From assembly GCA_002633005.1 (NCBI GenBank), contig NMRA01000774.1, positions 90,218-154,217 of the forward strand: DNA of 64,000 nucleotides, in the 5' to 3' direction. Shown one piece after another: positions 10,701 to 25,700 of this stretch. The notes beneath the pieces are model-generated. The model searched no databases. It worked only from the letters and a program-made list of their open reading frames with translations, and had not been told where the DNA came from. Position 1 is the stretch's first letter; each line of letters starts with the position of its first letter. The position numbers and the translations under genes were made by a program. Source of the DNA: Phoronis australis. Its lineage: Eukaryota > Animalia > Phoronida.

Positions 10701-13700
10701 CAGCAATAAGTTTTTCCGAGCAAGCATTTTTGTTTGGATTATTCCGGCTCCATGGATCCGTACCTCGCTCTAGCATTACTGAAGCGTACATGTATGTAAC
10801 CGTGGTAGACTTGACTAGATTTTAGCAATAACAACAAGTATTATTTTAAGCTCAAAATTCAAAGATGTCGTTCAACATTCAAACATAATGTAGACACCTC
10901 ATGCATTGTTTTTTTTCACACGAAAATGAGACTCTTAGACTCACATACCGCTAATGAAGGTTCAGTGAGATTACATAAAGTTGCAACCACCAGGTAGAGG
11001 ATTTCTTTTGACGAAAAAAAAATACACCTCTACTTGTTGAGAAGACCCCCAGGCTTGTACAATGCATCAAAAATCTCATTCATTTTAAAATTGTCTACTA
11101 AAAGAAGGAAGCCCCAACACCTGCATATTTACACATTCACACTGAAAGGCTGTTTTAGCACACCCTCTTCTTCTCCGGTATCTGGCTAGCTGCCTGTACA
11201 GATTACTTACTTGGCTTGCAATTGTACATCAGATTTAACACCTTCACATCCCGGAAACTGAAGCCCGTGCTTCTTCCAATCACATTCTGTTTGCTTGAAT
11301 CCAACGTCACAATTGTCCTTCTTCCATTTGCCGAAAAAGCCTGTTATACGGAATATCTAGTATACCATCAAACTTACATGTAAGTACCAAGCGTTACATT
11401 AATTGACACACTTTCGTACAGCTTCAGATATTGAGAACTGGTCGTTGTTTGAGCCGTTCAGCATCAAAGCAATCTAACAGCGATCAACTGTTGGGTCCCT
11501 ACAGTACATTTGTATGAACAGATATTCCTTTGGGTTGCAATTTGGATTTTCGTTAGAATTACATGTACATAGCTTAAAATACTGACTACTATCGACTGAT
11601 TTTGAAAAGAAATCAGATTTTGTCTCCCCCACTATACATGTGTTTGAAGAAACAAGAACGAAAATGCCAGGATTTAATTACCCCGTAGGTTTAGACGGGT
11701 AACAACCAAGGCAAGGCAGTGCGTGGATTGCTTGGTAAGCCGTAAATTGTCGTGGAGAAGCAACTGCACGCCTTTGCCTGTTGACCTGGCTGAGTTGACA
11801 GAGTATATCATGTACAGGTACATGTACATGTACAACAAATTTTGCCGCTCTACGTACACGAAGATTTGAATTAAGACAAGTACATGTCAGTACTGAAGCT
11901 AAAATTGGGGAAAACAGTGTGCATGTAGATACTTTACATTTTAGCAAATTGGCAATTAAAGATTTAAGGTGTGAAAATGAAAATAAATCATACATGTAAG
12001 GTGTCCAAATAAAAACGTGTTTACTCCCCTTGACGGAATAAAACCATGACGAATGTCAGGCCGAGAAAGCCTAATTCGACTCGCTTAATTCTGTTTCAAT
12101 GCTGAGAAACCGACTTCGGTTTAAAATCGTCATTTGCTGCACAGTCCTACTAATTTGCCACTAACACCTTCATTGTGTCATATTTGCATTAGTCAGGTGC
12201 TGTTCTAAGAATTGGCTGCTCAGACGAGTGACCAGGGAAAGTTAGTGGCATTCTGAGTGCGAGTGTTACTGTATTGATAATACTTTCCTTTTTTGCTGAT
12301 GGAAGATAAAAATTGCGACAGAAGTCTTCTGGATCGTTTGATCCCGTTCCACAAGGTTGATAGATTCTGCTACTGAAAATCCCGTAATGCTTTTTAGGAG
12401 AGCTATATGTACGTAGGGCCCAGAAGCACAAGTGGCGGGTATACCATCATCAACAACTTTAATTTGTAACCTTGCTATATACTGTACATGGGAAAATGCA
12501 CGCGCATGTATTGGTTCAAAATAGCACTGACAAAACACTCTGAGTCCGAAAACAAAATTCTGTAAAAAGCAGGTGTCAGATAGGTGAATTTTGACACTAC
12601 GTAATACCCCCTGTCAAACATCCACAACTTGCCGTGATTTCCATGTCGCGAAAGCTCATCTATGGCCACAAGTATTGCCATCAACAACAATAATTCTAGG
12701 AGTACGGCTGCAGGTTTGTTGAACATTTTAAGCAATATATTAGTCCAAGGATACGCAACCCTTAGGAACTGATGAAGTTTGAGTCTAATACTGGAATAAA
12801 AACTTACAAAAACTAGCGACGTTGCGTCCGCATCTCACGGACTTCAGCTTGGCTTGTGTCGTTATTGTTATTCTGGCCAATTGGTGGCGTTTTGGCCAGA
12901 CGGCGCGGCATTGACGTCAGAACACCGTCCCATACATGTGACAAATCGAATCTTAAACCGCTTCTTTTATTTAACGGAAGATCTTCATGAACGTATTGAG
13001 AGTCCCTCTTTAAATAAAAAGGCGGTTTGAGATTTGATTTGTCACACGTATGGGATGGTGTTCTTAAGTCAATACAGGGCAGTCTGGCCAAAACGCCGCC
13101 AATTGGCCAGAATAACGATAACGTCACAAGCCAAACTTAGGTCATTGAGATGCGGACGGAACGTCGCTAATTTTGTAAGTTTTTGTTCCAGTATTAGACT
13201 CAAACTTGATCTTTCATTTCGACTGGATGTCTCAAAATTTTCATCTTTAGGAACTGAGTTGGTGAACCAACCCTTAAACTTGGTTGGACATCCGCACAGT
13301 GAACTTGTAGAATGAAATAGCATACACATCAAACTCGAATTGCACGTTAAGCACTAAACCCGCTCACATCAAAATTGCTATCCCGTGAACACATTTACCT
13401 GCACAGAAATAAAGCTGCAAGGAAATCAAACGTTTTGAAAGAACTTTTTCACTCGAAGATTCCACTTTTTACTTTTGGCTTGTCACTCTGACATTTGCAT
13501 TTCTTAATCTCCCTGTGATCTCATTGGCTGACATTCGGTTCGCTCAATGACGTCATTGGGTAAAAAACTAAGACTAGAATATGCCAGACGATTTGAGTCG
13601 TTGTTGTTATAGGAAGGTAAAAAGAGGCGACATATTTCCGGTAAAGGGAATTTGCTTTGGTTAGTACCAACACACTGAAAAAATGTCCTCCCACTCTTAG

Positions 13701-16700
13701 TTTTTATCCATTTCACCAAGGGGTGAAAAGGGCCCTCAGGGGGAACTTCAGCTCTGTTTACGAAACCATTATTGGCTTTTAGGAACTAAGAGTGCGGTAT
13801 ATTGCGCTTCGAAAAAATGTAAATATAGGGATTGCAAGCATTTAATTTTGACAAAATAAGACAGGCTAATGCGACATACTGAAATACAACTTGAAGTGTG
13901 GGTGATACGCCACTTTGCCTTCCGTAGGCGGATTGTTGTGTATGAAAATATACTCACATACTGCCCGTAATGCATCACACTGGTGTAGTCGTATGGAACG
14001 TTATAAGTGTTGATCACATTTGAGCTGATCTTTTCAAAGTTATACAAGACTTGTGGTGGTATATTTTGCCGCATTATGCGCACGTAACTGTCACGGTCTG
14101 GTCTCGTCTGCTCGTGAAACAAGCCGGCTGCGTGACCAATTTCATGTATAATTATTGATTTCTGAAAAAAGTAAATGGACATGCATTTGCACAATGGATT
14201 TCAGAAATCATTTAAATGTTTGACATGGAACAGTTGTCACCATGGTATCCGGTGCCACAACTACAGTGCATTTGTTAAAGTGAACAGTTGGTTTCATGAT
14301 ACCCACAATATTCCTGCCGCGCCAGCTCGGGCCAGCCCGCAAACAAAGTTCTTCCCCGCGCTCGCTAAGTGATGTGACTTCATGTCCTCAATCTTTAAAT
14401 AGGCCAAAGGTGAGCCACTGCGGTCTTGCCAGTCAAATGTTCGTTTCAAAAATGCCATCACTATTTGTCTTTAATTGGCGTTACTTAAAACTGATTGTAT
14501 TTCAATGAATTATTGTTTGTATTTGATAATAATAAATGCTGTTCATATGAGATTTTATAGTCTTTGTGCACATATTTGACGTTTTAATGATTAACAACAC
14601 GGCAAATGCACGGCTGGTTCCCGGCAGCACGTACGCAGAGGAGGGGGGGGGGGAACTTCAGTTTTCAAAGTTCGCCAGTAGGACCGCAACTTCTGACCTT
14701 CGGCCTGGTTAAAAGAATGAGGTCAAATCTCTTGGCGTGTGCCGACTGAAATTGGCAAGTTCACGATTTTGGGAACTGAAATAGGGACTGCTTAAAGAAA
14801 AAGTTTGATAACGGGAGTATTTGTTCGAGTTGGAAGGAATTAAACATATCGACAACCTCCTAAGGTGTTCCTCAATTCGCAAAAGGTATTTATAACAACA
14901 TGACTATGATGTTTTAGTCGTTGCGAGGCAACAGAGGCGATGGTCATTGCCTACCCTCTAGGACGCTATCCCCGTATTACTGCGCACATTCCCTGTTCCC
15001 TCCAGAGCTATACCTTGCACAGAGATATGTGTTCGCGGACGAACCTTACTCCCGCACCTCTGTCCTTGCAAAGCAGTAACTGAGGCGGAATCGTGATTGG
15101 CTAAAACTCTGTGCGGCAGAAACTTCATTAATACCACCTTATCAACATGACATGGCCAATACAACTGTTAAATAAGCTATGGAAAATTAATACCCGTTAA
15201 AGTCAAGGCAGATTTTCTAAGTGTGCAATGAAGACAGAGGCATTTATATCTTGACAATTTCCCACTACTCTGTGCTAGTGTTCTAAAGGAATGCAAAGCG
15301 AAAAAAAAACATTAATGAAAAACGTGAGAAAAATCAAAAAGTATATCAACAGACGATGATTTACTCCATACTCATTATAATATGCTCTCAGTCGTTACCC
15401 CCTATCTAGAACCCTCGTTGATTTTGTAGAATTATCGCCCACGGGGCTAACGCCCCTCGGACGATAATCCTTCAAAACTCTCGGGCTCTATATTACGAGG
15501 GATAACGCCATGTAACAATGAATTTTTTATGTTGATATTGACCAAAGTGGCGAGCAGAATCACGTTTCATTCAAACCGCTTGGCCTTCGCATGTCGTTAG
15601 TCAAGGTCTGACCAATCAGTCGCTGTAGAAACTAGAAACCTTGACTACATGGCCACAACAGGAGTGCACTGGATATTAGGACTGCTACTTTTGACGAATC
15701 GTCAACGTTTTGTGTTTTAGTTGTTGGGCCGTCTCAGCTATTTTACGTAATTGTATGTTACTCAGACATGTTTATAAGCGTTGTAGTGGAGTCTAATCAC
15801 ACAAAAATGAAATTTTAGCAATAAATTCATTGAAACCAAACTATATTGTTGTCATAATAAATATTAAGTAATTGGTAGATAGTTCCATTTAAGTTGCCCA
15901 AATTTGTGCAAATGCATTTTTAAACCATGTGGTCAAACTCGTTTACATGTACATGTTTTTTGAAATCAAAATCTGTTTATAGATGGTGTTTACTATTTTG
16001 GTTTGGGGCCAAGGCACTCTTAAGGGTTCTAGAAAATTCTGAGAGCAACTCGTAACATACCAATGATATGATTAGAAAAAAACATGTGATTTTTATTAGT
16101 CAATCGATAAAGGAGAATGCCACCCGATTTAAGACGTTTTTGTTAACCCTCTTAATCGGCGCGAATTCACATGCAATCGTATACAGTTTGTCTCACCTCG
16201 CCGAAAGGTCTCACGTTAACATGTGAGGAAGGTGAATACACGGCGCAGGGAAGTCAGTGATAAACTAAGAGCTTGGCACTTGCAACGTGGGTAGCAAGAT
16301 AATGCCTGCAACTGTTGCATCACAAGTGACCACGAAGAAGAATCGTGGGTAGAATGCACTGCCAGCAAGTTTTGCTCCACGAGACACTGTGGCCAGCAAG
16401 AGGAGTCGTGAGTAGAAGATACTGCCTGCAAGTGTTACGTCACGAGAGACTGTGACCGGCAAGAGAAATCGTGGGTAGGAGACTGCCTGCAAATGTGGGG
16501 TCACGACGGACTGTGATCAGCAGGTACAAAAAGTGTCGAGTCCTACTGTTCGGATAGCCGATAATGACGATTGATTATTTATAGTTAATTGATTGTAGTA
16601 ATTCTTACAAAGGGCGCTAGCTTCTTCATTGTTCGATCAGATCAGTTAATTAACAACAGGTTTCACTTGTTTTAATTAGTGTTTATCATATAATGAATCA

Positions 16701-19700
16701 ATTGTTGTCCATCTACGCACAATGGCAAAGCATAGCTACCATTCAAACAAACCCACAATCAACATCTGATAATTGTTAATACCTATGTGATTCATTCCAC
16801 TTTCGTCTCAATTGGAGTCAAGCACGCAATTTTTTTACCGTGCAGGCTCGAAAAACATTCACGTTATAAAATCAGATTGTTCTTCATCGTCCGTCCTTTT
16901 TTGAGTAGTTTACTAGTATAAATCTAAAGGCTACTTTTTGTATGGTGCCGTGATTTACATTATCTCAATTCTCAAGTTTATAGAAAATGTTCATAACGAG
17001 TTCGGCAAGTTTGCCCTGCGACTAAACAAAAAGACGCCAAATGGCATGGCTAGGAGCGAATGTGTTACATGTACATGTAGATAGATGTCGCATACTTACA
17101 TGTACTACGTGTTCACGACAATTGTTTTCTGGGCGAGGCTACTTCATTTGAAGCCTCGTTAATATCTAACTATTAAATTGCTTCAATTATGTTACAGCAA
17201 CAGTGTAAAGACGACGGCAGGCACAACTGGGCCTCTTATATGATATGGCATGGTTATACATGTACAGACCTGGTGGTACAGATTTTTTGCGATCAGAAAT
17301 TTGCCGGAGAATAATTGACTGTTACATGTACATTCAAAGCTAGAGTTTTGTATTTAATAATTACGACAATGTCTGTACTATTAATACGGAACCACAGTGT
17401 GAGAAAGTGCATGTTATTTTACACTGCAATATGGGTAAACTATTTGCTCGACTTAGGTGCTCAATGCACAAGCATTATATTGAACCAGGGTGGCAAGCTG
17501 GTCTACCCGATAGTGAGAGAACTTTTGTCATATGCAATACTGGTCTAACATAAAACGAGAATCGTTTTATTTGTAACTGATCTGCCTTTGGTGATGTGCA
17601 CCAATGCACCAAAATTTTGCTGACGAATATGACTGGTGATGCCAGAGAAGTTACAATATTTCAAAGACACGATCTTTGGGAACCAGGCACAACAGCGCTA
17701 AGAACTGATCTTTTGTCACTTTGGAGTCGTAATGTAAACGGTATTATGAGGCCAAGGCCTACATGAAATCGTTTCAGATTCTAATTCTGATTGTTACAGG
17801 TCTTCACGCTCATAAGATTAAAGTAAAAAGTTCGACTTATTCATCTTAAAGCTGTTTTCCACTCCATGTTATCTATCAAATTTGAATTCAATGCTCGTGT
17901 TGGTACTGAAATAATAGAAAAGCGGTATCATGGAATGGAATTTTAACATATCAATTTTATGTGAGCATAAGGCTTAACTGAGTTTTCGAGAGGCAATCAG
18001 GGCGAAATGCAGCTTTGAATTCAAAATTGAAAATTGTTTTTCATTTCTTAGAACAGTCGTTCTCATGTTTTTGAGATCCGGCATCGAAAGCTCGAGCATC
18101 ATCTGTTATTGATCACAGTCTTAGCATTGTTAACCCGTTCGCAAGCAGCTCGCATAGAAATCGTCAGATTTGCGTCACCATCGTTGCCTTTGTTATTATG
18201 ATTTTAATGACTATGACTAGCATTTATCGGTATAGCGGATTTGCAGCGACGCCATATTGAAATTAGGTTAAAATGGTGCATTGTGGGTGCTGTGGTCAGG
18301 ATTCCGAAAGCGGCCATAGTAACAAGCGTAATACGCGGTATGAGCGCGAAGAAAACTTACGGCGGATACACTTGTTGTGTTCCTGGCTGCTTCAAAAACA
18401 ACAAGAGAGATAAAAATCTGAGTTTNACAATATTTCAAAGACACGATCTTTGGGAACCAGGCACAACAGCGCTAAGAACTGATCTTTTGTCACTTTGGAG
18501 TCGTAATGTAAACGGTATTATGAGGCCAAGGCCTACATGAAATCGTTTCAGATTCTAATTCTGATTGTTACAGGTCTTCACGCTCATAAGATTAAAGTAA
18601 AAAGTTCGACTTATTCATCTTAAAGCTGTTTTCCACTCCATGTTATCTATCAAATTTGAATTCAATGCTCGTGTTGGTACTGAAATAATAGAAAAGCGGT
18701 ATCATGGAATGGAATTTTAACATATCAATTTTATGTGAGCATAAGGCTTAACTGAGTTTTCGAGAGGCAATCAGGGCGAAATGCAGCTTTGAATTCAAAA
18801 TTGAAAATTGTTTTTCATTTCTTAGAACAGTCGTTCTCATGGTTTTTGAGATCCGGCATCGAAAGCTCGAGCATCATCTGTTATTGATCACAGTCTTAGC
18901 ATTGTTAACCCGTTTGCAAGCAGCTCGCATAGAAATCGTCAGATTTGCGTCACCATCGTTGCCTTTGTTATTATGATTTTAATGACAAGCATTTATCGGT
19001 ATTCGTCCCATCTAATGGATGCCCACGAGACATGTTCATGCACGATGTCCATGCGGCCTGTATTGTTATATTCAACAAAGACGCAACAAAGGAAAGAAAT
19101 TCTACGACCAATAACCCAATGTAAATTATGTCGTATGTATTTCGAAAGCTGTTGTTTAACTTGCGACGTAACGGCCGTATGCGCGTCGCATGGTTATCCC
19201 CATTGTTATTCTTTCTTCAGGTCGCACAAATATCGTGCCTTGGACTTCGGCGCACATTAGCCGCTTACCATTACCTTTATTATACGCCTATCAACAGATA
19301 TCTTTATCTATGCGACGAGGTTACACCCATCGCATGGTTGTCCCAAGTTGAACAATACATTGCGAGCTCCACACGAACTCATTTGGCATGGTGTGGTTCG
19401 CTGGCGTAGGGAGTCAATCTGCATATGCCATGTGTGGAACAATGGATTCTTTGTAGTTTCATGCCTGTCCGCAAGATTCGAACAGACTAAATAAGGTGTG
19501 AAATAACATTTTAACACATTCTTCACCTTTGCCTATATGCGTTTGGGTAAAATTTCACAAAAAATCTTGTCTCAAATTGATGCAGACGGGCAGGCGCTTT
19601 TTTACTTTGGTCATTGAGCGCAAGTCTCAAAATGGTTCAAAGTACAGACAAAAACTACATCTACATGGTACTATGATTTTTGATTATATAACAAATATGG

Positions 19701-22700
19701 CAAATTAGAGGGAAGGGCCATCAGTAGACCTGTACATGTACATGTAACCAGCCGTAAAGAAAGCATTCACAGACACTCTGGCACGAGTACAAACTTCGTA
19801 GAACAAAAATCAGCCTACGTTTTTCAAATAGAAACTTTTGATTACGATACTTGCAATGCCTACAGTGTTTCCAGTGATGTATGTACACGTCACGAAATAC
19901 TGTCAATGAATAACGAATGATACTTTTATATTCTGCACGATAGGCAGAAGTCTCGATGATCAGAACTGGCAGATGGTCGGAGATGATGATAACAACCCTC
20001 GATGCTAGCCTCGTTTGCGGTAACGTTGATTTTGCAAACACAAACTTTGGAATACTAAAAGTTGTTGTGCTTCCTTCATATTTCGGTCGCTTCCCTACTC
20101 AAAATCTACAACACTAAGATAAGGTTTACCGTGCGACATCCTGGCGCCAGATTGACAGGCTGATAGCCCCCGCTCATGCCAACGTAAGATGAGCACCCTT
20201 GGCCATTCTGTAACCTGATATAGTTTCTTTGGTTTGTTCTCCTAACGATTTTTAAACACGTGTATTTGTTGTAATCGTCTATGGCTGCATTGATCTGCCT
20301 CATGTCAGAACTACCTACGGAAAAGAAAACAACATCAGAGTAAACGAGTGATTTGGTTGGTTTTGTGAATAAGATTCAAACGTGCATTCATAATATCACA
20401 AACTACGGCATTGTTGATCTGACTTGTCTCTGCGGCATTTACATGTACAGCGAGACAGACAAGTGGTTTGATAATTTAAACTTTACGTGACATTATAAGC
20501 GAAAGCAGTCGCTATTTTTCAGCAGTTTTAACTGCCATTTACATGTAACACTTAACAAATAACAACGGCTTTGAGAAATATCTCTTTCAAAATTGTTCAA
20601 AACCAAATATAATTCTTTATCCGAAAATTAAATTATTGTACAACTATTAGAAACTTCTTGTTTTACATTGATGACACCACGTCGTAGTGAAATTTCTCAG
20701 GAGGAAAAGTACATGTAACTTATGAATCTGGAATGGTATTAGAGGGACTTTATTAATGTTGTCGAAGGAAGGAATAATGTAGAAATTCAAAAACGGCGTT
20801 ATTAGATATTTGGGCTCCGCATTTTTTAAATTGCCTCTTAGCCCTCAAACCGAGATCAAGCCTCTACTTTCCTGGCGAATTCGAAGACGGCGGAGGTAGG
20901 CATTGCCTGTGACTTGAGTTGCTAAATCTGTCGATATGAGGACTACTACGACAGTGATTTTAGAGAATTAAAGGCCTAATTAGATTCAGCAGCTTAAATG
21001 GCGTACATATAATGTAGCTTGACTTTTGTGTTTCAAGAATACAAATTAAAATTCTTTTTGCAAATTGCAAACATGAAAGGCATCGCAGCAGCATGCCCTC
21101 GGAGTTTGCGAAATCCGAGAACAGGGCTCGGGCTCTGATCTTTTTACTCGATATGGAAGTCGACATTATTCTACTCTACTTCTACGCGAACTTAAGATAA
21201 ATGTCTATTATTCTTTGTTCGAGTGCATAAAGACTTACGTGGTTAATTTTTAGTCCTAAGTTGCATTTGATAAATCCAACATTCAGGCTAAAAGTTCGAG
21301 TTTCAACTCGAAATTTCGAGTTTTTACTCGAATTTGTAGCACGAATATACGGGTCATCAAGTGCAACTTGGTTTAGAAACTCATATGCATAAACTACAAT
21401 GTATTCGAGCTTAGTCCAATAAACACGTATCTTGTTTTCGCGCAAAAGTAGCGGGGTGTCACGTTTTTCCCTGTGTGTGAATGGACGCAGGTGGTTACCA
21501 ACCGGTGCTGATAGCTTTCGGTTCGACGATAGACTGAAGACTGTTTCGAGTTAATCCTTTATCAATCTCGACCGTACGTTCACAACCCTAATCAAACAAA
21601 ACGTCCGACGCAATGGCTGTTCTATGCCCCTGCCAGTGCTGCGAAGCCTTGACTTGTGATGAACCTCTAAGACACCTTCAACAACTGTTACACTCGCTGA
21701 ATCAATAACCTGCTGTCTATAGCTGCCTCTCTGCCGACTATCGCTGTAACTGCTGATTCTCTGCAGTGTAACTCAACTGTAACTCTAACTGCTGAACTCT
21801 TGAACTGCTTGACTCTTCTCTTTTTAACTAATACAAACCAGTGCTTTTGTGTGTATATATATATATATATATAGCTTATTGCAATGTTCTAGAACTTTTC
21901 ACCAATTCAAGCACATTCTGGGACTTTACGGAATCTTCCCAATCATTCTACAAACATATACTAATCTCTAGAATATTCCAGACTACATTAATCACTGTCA
22001 TGCTAGAGTCTTCTAGAAAGCTCCACACTACTCAGTAGTAAACAAATTACATCATCACTGTATGCCTACTCAACTCAGGGGTCATGTCAATCAAACAGAT
22101 TAACGAAACAAAACAATGCAACTAAGAACAGAGTCAGTCTATATTCTGACGCAGAGAAATAATTCCGAGTTCGTTTCGAGTAGAGAGATTAGTTTCCGCA
22201 CCAAGAACGCATGTACCTAAAACACCAACAACACCGTAACGTATTCACTTGCAAATTTTGGCGAGATCAAAATGTCTTTCTGTGTTGGGGTGAATATTTT
22301 TTCTTGACCAACGAAATGGCCATTTTTGAGTAGTTGAATGCTAATGGATAAAATGGATTAGAAATCTCTAAGGTCGTGTCAAACAATCACTGCAACTGAG
22401 AACCATGGTATCAAAACCCGTGCAAATTTTGCTGGGTATCGAGCGATGGCGCTGTAAAAAACACGAGTCTCTATAATCATATTTGCCAAACAAATTGATG
22501 TTTCGGATGTTCCGTGTATTTTAAATGTTGCATTATGGAACCAAGAAAATTACAATTCTTTGAATTTTGATAACATTTTAAGTTATCATACCAGAAGGTT
22601 GGTAAGACTACTTTAATACATCACCGGAATGTGTCCAACACACTAATCCCATGTGACCACTAAAACATCTCCACTCGACAGCTCACACGCACGATTTGTA

Positions 22701-25700
22701 AGTTGTTGTGTCCGGAAATCAACTTTCCAAACGGAAAGTATGTTTTCCCTCATCGTATATCTTTGGGTTGCGACTTACATGTACAGTAGTTTTAATATCG
22801 AGTAGTAGTTAATATTCCGTTTATCAAAACAAAATCAAATTTGAAACCAAAACTCACTGAATGTCCTATATTGAAGTGTGTATGGTATAACTTTACCGGT
22901 CCACCTTTTTCTCAAATCTCGAATGGCTTTTCTTCTTTGTCGCTCACGGGCACTCAATGTATCTCGGCGACGGTTTGGGGGTTCGTCGGCATTGTCTTTG
23001 ACACCCTCTAATGGGATTCGCCTTCAACAAAAATACTCAGAAGCTTTGGTTTTTGACGAATCCGTTACCATGCTACTTGTATATTCCTGACATGCCATGT
23101 TAAAGTCCTTCTCTCACGCGTTGTTAACCCTTATTACATGGTTAGAAGATGTTATAAGGATACAAGAAGTACCTACCTCATAACTAATACACGATCCGTA
23201 CTCGAAAACAGTTTAAATGAACGCGCCACTCACGATTCGCACCCGAAGAAACACCGCCATTTTGAACTTGCCGCGAACCCCTAAGTACAATTCATTCAGG
23301 AACCCAGGCCGAGAAAACGCCGTCAGTGCGACTCGAGCAGTGCCTGTACTGTAACCAGCCAGCAAACGGGGACAAAATGATCGACAGCGCGCCTTAATTT
23401 TAATAAAATCAAACTACAGACAATTTTATCGAATTTGCTTAAGAAATGTGGCGAATAAATTTTGACAGAAATTATTTTGCCAGACTGGGGACCGCAGCCT
23501 ATCGGACCCGGTGCGGATCGAGACCAGNNNNNNNNNNNNNNNNNNNNNNNNNNNNNNNNNNNNNNNNNNNNNNNNNNNNNNNNNNNNNNNNNNNNNNNNN
23601 NNNNNNNNNNNNNNNNNNNNNNNNNNNNNNNNNNNNNNNNNNNNNNNNNNNNNNNNNNNNNNNNNNNNNNNNNNNNNNNNNNNNNNNNNNNNNNNNNNNN
23701 NNNNNNNNNNNNNNNNNNNNNNNNNNNNNNNNNNNNNNNNNNNNNNNNNNNNNNNNNNNNNNNNNNNNNNNNNNNNNNNNNNNNNNNNNNNNNNNNNNNN
23801 NNNNNNNNNNNNNNNNNNNNNNNNNNNNNNNNNNNNNNNNNNNNNNNNNNNNNNNNNNNNNNNNNNNNNNNNNNNNNNNNNNNNNNNNNNNNNNNNNNNN
23901 NNNNNNNNNNNNNNNNNNNNNNNNNNNNNNNNNNNNNNNNNNNNNNNNNNNNNNNNNNNNNNNNNNNNNNNNNNNNNNNNNNNNNNNNNNNNNNNNNNNN
24001 NNNNNNNNNNNNNNNNNNNNNNNNNNNNNNNNNNNNNNNNNNNNNNNNNNNNNNNNNNNNNNNNNNNNNNNNNNNNNNNNNNNNNNNNNNNNNNNNNNNN
24101 NNNNNNNNNNNNNNNNNNNNNNNNNNNNNNNNNNNNNNNNNNNNNNNNNNNNNNNNNNNNNNNNNNNNNNNNNNNNNNNNNNNNNNNNNNNNNNNNNNNN
24201 NNNNNNNNNNNNNNNNNNNNNNNNNNNNNNNNNNNNNNNNNNNNNNNNNNNNNNNNNNNNNNNNNNNNNNNNNNNNNNNNNNNNNNNNNNNNNNNNNNNN
24301 NNNCATATGCAAACGAATCACGATATATTACTAATAAAACAATATAATGAAGACTTTTCGAGCAAGCCATAGCACATTCAGTTACAAGGAAAAAATGGCG
24401 GCGTTCAGGACAAGTTCCTGAACTGATGAGCCGGAAATGTGGGTACGGAAATAACCGATGACAACCGGTAATCATACGCTCAGCGAAAAGGGTCAAATAC
24501 GGTTGAAAAATCTCTTTTGGCAAGAAAGGCGAAAAGAATGTAAAGAAAGCGTTTCGAAAATAAGATTTTATGTAGTAAGTATTTTCGGATTCTAGAACCA
24601 CATGGGCAGTTTGCAACAAGGACTTTAACCGTTAGGTCCAAATTTCTGACTATAGTGATTTCAAAAGGACACCTGCTCCTTGTGAGAAAAACTTCAGACC
24701 TCCAATTTGGGTTTTATCGTCTACATTCGACAGCCCTCACATTTTGGAGAACAATTAAAAAAATCAAAGTCTGCTTAAGGGGCAAACGTGACCTACACTG
24801 CTTTAGACAAGTTACACCACGACTGCTAAGAAATACCACCCATCGCGAACAATAATATCTAATTGATGAGGCAAAACGTATGACTTCTAGTTAAATCTTG
24901 CTTCTGCTACTCAAGTGAGGCGACGATGTTGCATGAGCTGGTGACAGACGAAGATTGGTTGAAATCACCAAAAGAAGGTGTAATGTCAAATTTTAAGTTA
25001 AGTACGACTTTTCTAAAAGTGTACCCACGGTTGTTTATAATATCTTAAATGGTTTATTGGTAATCTACATGTATGCTATCAGTTCCATTGGACATGTTCC
25101 TTAGTTATTGCGAAATGGGAGAGTACGACAAAATTTGTGGCTTTGAACTCTTGTACACGATTCAAGAAACGGGGTCCAGTGTTGAGTAACCACTTTGCCA
25201 TAACATGGAAAATTGCGTTTTGCGTCGGAGCCTTTATGTTACTGAAATAGACAGCAAATATGAATAAAAATGTGTATTCAAGAGATATTTTAATAACTTT
25301 GCGTTATACTTACTCTTTGTTTAGTTTCACCAAGTCATCATGTGTGAACAACATATCATATTCAATTCTCACAACGTTTTCGTCATGCTGATATTCTCCC
25401 ATCTTGCCTGCAAATCATTAACGTAATATGGCAATAGGAGATTATTTTCAATGAAGCAATTGACAGTTTACATACAGTACCGGTAAAAACTTACGTAGCT
25501 TGCAGGAAGTACATGCAAATGTCGTTCGTTTTCCGTAGACAGTGAGATCCGCGATCTACTGAGTAAGCAGGGAAGCAAGTTGGGATTCATGACATAGTGT
25601 CGCAAATTTCGTTATTAATGACAAATAACACAAGACAAGGGTGTTTTGAAAAAGTCTGAGGTGTATTGGAAATTTCTGGGACACGGCTCTATACAGAAGT

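Noticed and set aside
16286-16523. CRISPR-like array
   Set aside because: Eukaryotic context; units are similar along their whole length with no unique spacers or cas genes.
23323-24619. Long ORFs of 278-397 aa
   Set aside because: Artefacts of translating through the N gap.
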